Shown here in pieces: positions 26,174 through 32,000 of a stretch of 32,000 nt of DNA. Numbering within the stretch: the stretch's first letter is position 1; every line of letters starts with the position of its first letter. Source of the stretch: Nitrosococcus oceani ATCC 19707 (lineage in GTDB: Bacteria > Pseudomonadota > Gammaproteobacteria > Nitrosococcales > Nitrosococcaceae); the NCBI RefSeq assembly GCF_000012805.1, contig NC_007484.1:120001-152000 (forward strand), read 5' to 3'. The position numbers and the translations under genes are program-made. The notes under the pieces are model-generated. The model saw only the letters and a list, made by a program, of their open reading frames with translations. It was not told the origin of the DNA and did no database searches.

Positions 26174-29083
26174 ATGAACTGGCAAGCCAACATTCATAAG
26201 CTACCGGCCCTTCTCCAGGGGCGGCTTAAAAATGATTTGGCTCGTTTTCAGGAAGCGTTAGAGCAGAAAAATCTGGATACGGTATTCAAAGCAAAAACAC
26301 TTAAAACGCTTTGTCTCGTCTGGGGGGCGAGTGAGTTTGTGGCAACCAATTGTATTCGTTGGCCTTCTTTGTTGTTGGATTTGCAAGGAAGCGGTAATCT
26401 CTTCCGTGCTTATGAGCCAAACCATTATGTCAAAAGCCTAGCTCAACAGCTTACTAATATTTCTACTGAAACGGAGCTGATGGTTGTCTTACGGCGTTTT
26501 CGCCAGCGGGAGATGGTGCGCATTGTTTGGCGTGATTTGGCCGGTTGGGCCAGCCTTGATGAGGTTTTTAGGGAACTCTCCCAACTGGCAGAGGCGTGTC
26601 TTAACAGCGCCTTGGCTTGTTTACACTATTGGCAAAGCCAGGCGTTAGGCACTCCTTATGGATCTATCTCTGGTAAACCTCAGTCCATGGTAGTGTTGGG
26701 TATGGGTAAATTGGGGGCGCGGGAACTTAATCTTTCTTCGGATATCGACCTTATTTTTGCCTATCCTGAGTCGGGGGAAACTCGCGGCGCGCAGCGGACC
26801 TTGAACAATGAGGAATATTTCATTCGTTTAGCTCGGCGCTTAATCCGAGTCCTTGATGAGCGCACGGAAGAGGGATTTGTGTTTCGGGTTGACATGCGTT
26901 TGCGCCCTGATGGGGACTCTGGTCCCCTGGTGGCAAGTTTCAATGCCATGGAGAATTATTATCAGAATCAAGGCCGTGACTGGGAGCGGTATGCCATGAT
27001 CAAGGCTCGGGTGGTTGCCGGTGACTGTCAGGCTGGAACGCGTTTAATGGCGATGCTACGGCCTTTTTCTTATCGTCGTTATCTAGATTTTGGCGCCATT
27101 GAGTCTTTACGTAGCATGAAGGCGATGATTGCCCAAGAACTGCGGCGGCAGGGAATCAAAGCTAATATAAAACTAGGTCCTGGAGGGATTCGCGAGGTTG
27201 AATTTATTGGCCAATCTTTTCAGTTGATCCGTGGGGGACGTGAATCGGCTCTTCAGGAGCGAGGGATCCTGCGGGTGCTGACGCTGTTAGCGGAGAGAGA
27301 CCACCTGCCCTATTATGCTAAAGAAGAACTATGCGCAGCCTATGTGTTTTTGCGCCGGGTTGAGCATCGCCTCCAAGCTTACCGGGATGAGCAAACCCAC
27401 GATTTGCCAACTTCAACCGAGGGACGTGTTCGTTTGGCCTTTGCTATGGGTTACAGGGATTGGGAGGCGTTTGCTAGCGCGCTCGAAGAGCATCGGCGCC
27501 GGGTTCAAGAGCATTTTGAGCAGTTATTTGCTGCGCCTCATATGGATATCACTGATCAGATGGCCCAGGAGAAGAGACTTGCCGAAGTTTGGTTAGGAGG
27601 GGAGTTACGGGAGGCGAGTCTAGCGGTTTTAAGTGCGGCTGGATATCGTGCCCCAGAAGAGGCGGTGCAGACGCTGATGTATCTACGCCAGTCTTACACG
27701 GTGCGCGCCCTTAGCGCTCAGGCCCGAATTCGCCTGGATCGGTTGATGCCCCTGTTGCTAGGGGCAGTTGGCCGCACCGAGTATCCAGAGCAGTGTCTGC
27801 AGCGGGTAATAATTTTGCTGGAAACCGTGGCTCAGCGTACCGCTTATTTAGCTCTATTGGCAGAATATCCTATGGCTTTATCCCAGCTCGTGAAGCTATG
27901 TGCGGCCAGCCCCCTGATTGCCCGCCAGTTGACCCGCTACCCTTTGCTATTGGATGAACTGCTGGATCCCCGTTCTCTGTACCAGGTATTGGGCTATGAT
28001 TCCTTGGCCGAAGATCTGAAGTGGTCGCTAGAATCTATCCCAGGGGATGATTTGGAGCAACAAATGGAATTGCTGCGCCACTTTTGCCAGCGCCAGACAT
28101 TGCGCGTTGCGGCGGCTGATGTGACGGGGGTGCTGCCCCTGATGAAAGTAGGTGATCACTTAACTTATTTGGCGGAGGTAATTCTAAAAAAGGCCCTGGA
28201 GCTTAGTTGGCGGCACCTGGTTCACCGCCATGGCCGACTTCAAAGCAGCACCGGAGAGCAGCCGGAAGAGTCCGGTTTTGCCGTCATTGGCTATGGAAAA
28301 TTGGGGGGGTATGAGCTGGGCTATGGTTCCGATCTGGACCTGGTTTTCCTTCATAACGCTAAACCGGGCGATCCTCCCAGCGAGGGGAAAAAACCCCTCG
28401 ACCCTGTGGTATTTTATAGTCGTTTGGGACAGCGTCTTATCCATATCCTACAGACTTCGACTCCTTCTGGAAAACTGTATGAAGTTGATACTCGCCTGCG
28501 TCCAAGCGGCGTTTCCGGACTATTGGTCAGCGGCCTGGATGCCTATCGAGGTTATCAGTGCATGCAAGCTTGGACTTGGGAGCATCAAGCCCTGGTTCGG
28601 GCCCGCTTCGTGGCGGGCGACGCAAGGCTCGGCGCCGCCTTTACCGCTATGCGGCAGGAGATTCTGGGGCGGCAACGAGATCCAATAAAGTTGCGGGATG
28701 AGGTCCGTCATATGAGGGCTAAGATGCGGAACCAATTGGATCGCAGCCAGGGGGGCTGGTTCGATCTTAAGCAGGGCAGGGGTGGTATTGCTGATATAGA
28801 ATTTATAGTTCAATATGGGGTACTTGCCTGGGCCCATGCTCATCCTCAATTGCTAGAGTACCCGGACAATATTCGGATTCTGGAAGGTTTTGCCCAGGCG
28901 GGGCTGTTGGCATCAGAAGAAAGTCAGCTACTGGCGGATGCCTATCGGGCCTATCGGGCAGCAGCCAATCGGCTCAATTTACAGACCCACGAGGCTCGGG
29001 TAGAAGAGGGGCAGTTTCGCCAGGAGCGCATTGCTGTCCAGCAGCTGTGGTCTGCTTTACTAGAAGATGAATCCGCCAAATAA
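26174..29083 (+). CDS. glnE: bifunctional glutamine synthetase adenylyltransferase / adenylyl-removing enzyme
   Basis: 969 aa with two nucleotidyltransferase domains (GMGKLGARELNLSSDIDLIF...FRVDMRLRPDG and GYGKLGGYELGYGSDLDLVFL...YEVDTRLRPSG), each followed by a GlnE-C helical domain. Confidence 0.95.
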   Translation: MNWQANIHKLPALLQGRLKNDLARFQEALEQKNLDTVFKAKTLKTLCLVWGASEFVATNCIRWPSLLLDLQGSGNLFRAYEPNHYVKSLAQQLTNISTETELMVVLRRFRQREMVRIVWRDLAGWASLDEVFRELSQLAEACLNSALACLHYWQSQALGTPYGSISGKPQSMVVLGMGKLGARELNLSSDIDLIFAYPESGETRGAQRTLNNEEYFIRLARRLIRVLDERTEEGFVFRVDMRLRPDGDSGPLVASFNAMENYYQNQGRDWERYAMIKARVVAGDCQAGTRLMAMLRPFSYRRYLDFGAIESLRSMKAMIAQELRRQGIKANIKLGPGGIREVEFIGQSFQLIRGGRESALQERGILRVLTLLAERDHLPYYAKEELCAAYVFLRRVEHRLQAYRDEQTHDLPTSTEGRVRLAFAMGYRDWEAFASALEEHRRRVQEHFEQLFAAPHMDITDQMAQEKRLAEVWLGGELREASLAVLSAAGYRAPEEAVQTLMYLRQSYTVRALSAQARIRLDRLMPLLLGAVGRTEYPEQCLQRVIILLETVAQRTAYLALLAEYPMALSQLVKLCAASPLIARQLTRYPLLLDELLDPRSLYQVLGYDSLAEDLKWSLESIPGDDLEQQMELLRHFCQRQTLRVAAADVTGVLPLMKVGDHLTYLAEVILKKALELSWRHLVHRHGRLQSSTGEQPEESGFAVIGYGKLGGYELGYGSDLDLVFLHNAKPGDPPSEGKKPLDPVVFYSRLGQRLIHILQTSTPSGKLYEVDTRLRPSGVSGLLVSGLDAYRGYQCMQAWTWEHQALVRARFVAGDARLGAAFTAMRQEILGRQRDPIKLRDEVRHMRAKMRNQLDRSQGGWFDLKQGRGGIADIEFIVQYGVLAWAHAHPQLLEYPDNIRILEGFAQAGLLASEESQLLADAYRAYRAAANRLNLQTHEARVEEGQFRQERIAVQQLWSALLEDESAK

Positions 29084-29125
29084 CCCCTCAGTGAACAATC
29101 AGGTAAGTAAGGGAGATGAGATGAA

Positions 29126-30055
29126 ATGAGCACGATGGATGACCGCGACGGCATCATCTGGTTAGACGGCGAACTGGTGCCTTGGCGCGAGGCCCGAGTC
29201 CATGTATTAACCCATACCTTACATTATGGGATGGGAGTTTTCGAGGGGGTACGCGCTTACAAAACTCCCCGGGGTACAGCCATTTTCCGGCTGCAGGAAC
29301 ATACCGAGCGTTTGTTCCGTTCCGCCCATATTCTCAATATGACTATCCCCTATGATAAAGAGACCTTGAATCAGGTTCAGCGCCTGGTAGTGCGGGAAAA
29401 TGGTTTGGAGACGGCTTATATTCGTCCCATGTGTTTTTATGGTTCCGAAGGTATGGGTTTGCGGGCTGATAACCTGCAGGTTCATGTGATGCTTGCAGCT
29501 TGGTCCTGGGGAACTTATCTAGGCGCTGAGAACATTGAAAGAGGAATCCGGGTGAAGACATCTTCCTATACCCGGCACCACGTGAATATTACCATGTGCA
29601 AGGCCAAGGCCAACGGCAATTACCTAAACTCCATGCTGGCGCTGCAAGAAGCCTTAGCCAGCGGTTGTGACGAAGCCTTGTTATTGGACACGGAAGGGTA
29701 CGTGACTGAAGGCAGTGGGGAAAATATCTTTATTATTCGCAATGGCGTGATTTACACGCCTGATCTCACCTCAGCCTTGGAAGGAATCACTCGGGATACT
29801 ATTTTTCAGTTGGCCCAGGAGATCGGCGTGCCTTTGCGGGAGAAGCGGATCACCCGGGATGAGGTCTATGTAGCGGACGAAGCTTTCTTTACTGGGACGG
29901 CAGCGGAAGTTACTCCTATCCGAGAGTTGGATGGCCGAAGGATTGGTGATGGTGTCCGTGGACCTATTACGGAACGCCTCCAGAGCCTCTATTTTGATCA
30001 GGTGCATGGCCGCCGGGAGGCTTACCCAGAGTGGCTGACTCTGGTATCGGATTGA
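29126..30055 (+). CDS. ilvE: branched-chain amino acid aminotransferase
   Basis: 309-aa fold-type IV PLP enzyme. It reads IWLDGELVPWREARVHVLTHTLHYGMGVFEGVRAY and continues ...KAKANGNYLNSMLA...EGSGENIFII...GITRDT, which is IlvE-like. Confidence 0.95.
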   Translation: MSTMDDRDGIIWLDGELVPWREARVHVLTHTLHYGMGVFEGVRAYKTPRGTAIFRLQEHTERLFRSAHILNMTIPYDKETLNQVQRLVVRENGLETAYIRPMCFYGSEGMGLRADNLQVHVMLAAWSWGTYLGAENIERGIRVKTSSYTRHHVNITMCKAKANGNYLNSMLALQEALASGCDEALLLDTEGYVTEGSGENIFIIRNGVIYTPDLTSALEGITRDTIFQLAQEIGVPLREKRITRDEVYVADEAFFTGTAAEVTPIRELDGRRIGDGVRGPITERLQSLYFDQVHGRREAYPEWLTLVSD

Positions 30056-30091
30056 GATTGAAGTGCTGGTTGATTAAGCGAAAGGAGAACT

Positions 30092-30838
30092 ATGGCGGGA
30101 CATAGTAAATGGGCCAATATTCAATATCGTAAGGGCGCCCAGGATGCCAAGCGGGGTAAGCTTTTTACCCGGCTTATTCGCGAGATTACGGTGGCGGCTC
30201 GCCTTGAGGGCGGCGATCCCGCAACAAGTCCAAGGCTGCGCACCGCTATTGACAAGGCTTTCGCTGCTAATATGCCGAAAGATAACATTGAGCGGGCTAT
30301 CAAACGAGGCACCGGCGATCTGGAAGGAGTGGCCTACGAGGAGGTCCGCTATGAAGGATACGGACCCTATGGCGTAGCCGTGATGGTGGACTGTATGACC
30401 GATAATCGTAACCGCACCGTGGCTGAAATCCGCCACGTTTTTAGTAAATGGGGCGGAAATCTGGGCACGGATGGATCGGTTGCCTATTTATTCAGCAAAA
30501 AAGGAATTATCAGCTATTCTAAGGAAAGCAACGAAGATGCCATCATGGAAGTAGCCATTGAAGGGGGCGCTGAGGATGTGGTGACTAACGAGGATAGCTC
30601 AATAGATGTGTTCACTGAACCGGAGGAGTTTTCGACGGTAAAGAAGGCTCTGGATGAGGCGGGTTTGAAAGCCGAGCAGGCAGAAATTACGCAGCATGCG
30701 TCGACCAGCGTCTCATTGGCGCTGGAGGAAGCACGGAAAATGCTGGATTTTCTGGATGCTCTGGAGGAGCTGGATGACGTTCAGCAGGTCTATAGCAATG
30801 CTGATTTCTCCGAGGAAATTCTAGCGCAATTAGGATAG
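30092..30838 (+). CDS. yebC: YebC/PmpR family DNA-binding transcriptional regulator
   Basis: [51 protein letters not shown] is the hallmark N-terminus. 248 aa, upstream of ruvC as in many bacteria. Confidence 0.95.
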   Translation: MAGHSKWANIQYRKGAQDAKRGKLFTRLIREITVAARLEGGDPATSPRLRTAIDKAFAANMPKDNIERAIKRGTGDLEGVAYEEVRYEGYGPYGVAVMVDCMTDNRNRTVAEIRHVFSKWGGNLGTDGSVAYLFSKKGIISYSKESNEDAIMEVAIEGGAEDVVTNEDSSIDVFTEPEEFSTVKKALDEAGLKAEQAEITQHASTSVSLALEEARKMLDFLDALEELDDVQQVYSNADFSEEILAQLG

Positions 30839-30941
30839 TTTCGGTTTCGGCCATTATTGAAAATGGCGCGATTAGCCGGAGAAAATAGGTGCCGATTCTT
30901 AGGTAAAGCTCTTCTTTTGGTAGATAATTTCCCAATTTTTT

Positions 30942-31466
30942 ATGGCGCGAATCCTCGGTATTGATCCTGGGTCCCGGATTACGGGCTACGGCTTGATTGA
31001 AACTAATAACAAAAAAACCGTCTATATCGCTGCCGGTTGCATCCGAGCGGGAGAGGGAGGATTAGCGGAACGATTGGGACAAATCTTCCAGGGAATTACC
31101 GGAATTATCCAAGCTTACCATCCTGATGAAGTAGCGGTGGAGCAAGTTTTTATGCACCAAAATCCTGGCTCTGCTCTGAAGTTGGGACAGGCCCGCGGGG
31201 CGGCGATCTGTGCCGCAGTCAATGCGGTGCTCCCTATTTTTGAATATACCCCATCCCAGGTTAAACAAGCTGTGGTGGGACGTGGCGATGCGGCTAAATC
31301 ACAAGTTCAATACATGATACGCTTATTGCTTAAACTTCCTGCCGAGCCGGCAACAGATGCTGCTGATGCCTTGGCCTGCGCCCTCTGCCATGAGCATGCA
31401 GGTCCGCTTCTGGCTGGTTTGGCTGGACAGGTAAGGGGTCGGCGGCGAGGGCGCTATTATCGATGA
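30942..31466 (+). CDS. ruvC: crossover junction endodeoxyribonuclease RuvC
   Basis: [20 protein letters not shown]...[21 protein letters not shown]...KQAVVG.G.A.K.QVQ.M......P...DAADALA.ALCH are RuvC catalytic motifs. Confidence 0.95.
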
Positions 31467-32000
31467 TTGGTCGTCTGCGGGGTATTTTATTGGAAAAACG
31501 GGCTCCCTTTTTACTATTAGATGTACAAGGTGTAGGTTATGAGCTGGAAGCTCCTTTGTCTACGTTCTATGTCCTTCCCGCTATGGGCGCTGAGGTGATC
31601 CTATACACTCATCTGGTGGTGCGAGACGATGCCCACCTGCTGTATGCTTTCGCCAGTGAAAAGGAGCGCGGGCTGTTCCGGAGTCTTATTCGGGTTAATG
31701 GTGTGGGCGCTAAATTGGGATTGGGAATTCTTTCTGGAATAGAGGCCGAATCCTTTACCCGCTGTGTCCAGGAAGGAGATACGGTGAGTCTGACCCGGTT
31801 GCCTGGCGTAGGTAAAAAAACGGCGGAACGCCTCATTGTGGAGATGCGGGATCGGCTGCTCGATATGCCGGAGAGTGGAGTGGCAGGGATGCGCCCCGAT
31901 AGGGTTGATGGTTCCGCCCCGGGGACAGTGGCGGAAGCGGTCAGCGCCCTGGTGGCGCTAGGTTATAAACCTAATGAAGCTAGCCGGGCGGTGCGCCGCC
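31463..32000 (+). CDS. ruvA: Holliday junction branch migration complex subunit RuvA (3' end outside the window)
   Basis: My own translation from the ATG at 31463, which overlaps the ruvC stop as ATGA, gives [36 protein letters not shown].... It continues ...[18 protein letters not shown]...[21 protein letters not shown]...[16 protein letters not shown]. The frame is still open at base 32000. Confidence 0.95.

Noticed and set aside
28184-28849. Alternate-frame and antisense ORFs within glnE (28184..28444, 28230..28688, 28520..28849)
   Set aside because: They are nested within the 969-aa GlnE frame, which has duplicated nucleotidyltransferase motifs. They are shadow ORFs of a GC-richer gene.
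30074-30436. 120-aa minus-strand ORF, plus the 30121..30312 and 30144..30377 ORFs
   Set aside because: They overlap the highly conserved YebC N-terminus on other frames or the opposite strand, so they are not credible.
1-32000. Search by eye for CRISPR arrays, tRNA/rRNA genes and long inverted repeats of intact mobile elements
   Set aside because: I saw no regularly spaced direct repeats, no tRNA-like T-arm/acceptor patterns in the intergenic regions, and no rRNA-like sequence. The only mobile-element trace is the IS3 relic.

Overview
The window looks like a gammaproteobacterial chromosome segment, judged from the glnE-ilvE and yebC-ruvC-ruvA gene order and from PilG/PilH that are very Pseudomonas-like. 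This is inference only, as no search was possible.

Gene content, left to right:
- 1-9300: an envelope/transport neighbourhood. It holds a truncated di-haem cytochrome c peroxidase, an MsbA-like ABC exporter, a decayed IS3-family transposase fragment, a 44-aa membrane peptide, a 321-aa membrane protein with an 11-aa tandem repeat, two tandem CNNM/CorC-type transporters, a secreted coiled-coil protein, a glycine-zipper lipoprotein and a DUF2249-like protein.
- 9464-11627: bioA and rsmE.
- 11648-22460, minus strand: a complete, tightly packed, visibly AT-richer Pil-Chp type IV pilus chemosensory operon, pilG-pilH-pilI-pilJ-pilK-chpA-chpB-chpC.
- 22461-23390: a 930-nt spacer with no credible ORF.
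- 23391-25797: a divergent three-gene module.
- 26174-32000: housekeeping genes glnE, ilvE, yebC, ruvC and partial ruvA.

The best candidate for an undescribed system is the three-gene module. It encodes a receiver-like / wHTH-like protein, an MglA/CvnD-type small GTPase, and an extended Roadblock/LC7-like protein. Together they resemble a kinase-less conservon or an MglA-MglB-RomR polarity switch, and the module sits physically next to Pil-Chp.

Secondary points:
- ChpB has a degenerate (pseudo) receiver domain.
- ChpA has only three canonical Hpt domains plus degenerate N-terminal ones.
- The spacer carries repeated palindromes and a CRP/Vfr-like site.

I saw no rRNA, tRNA or CRISPR array.
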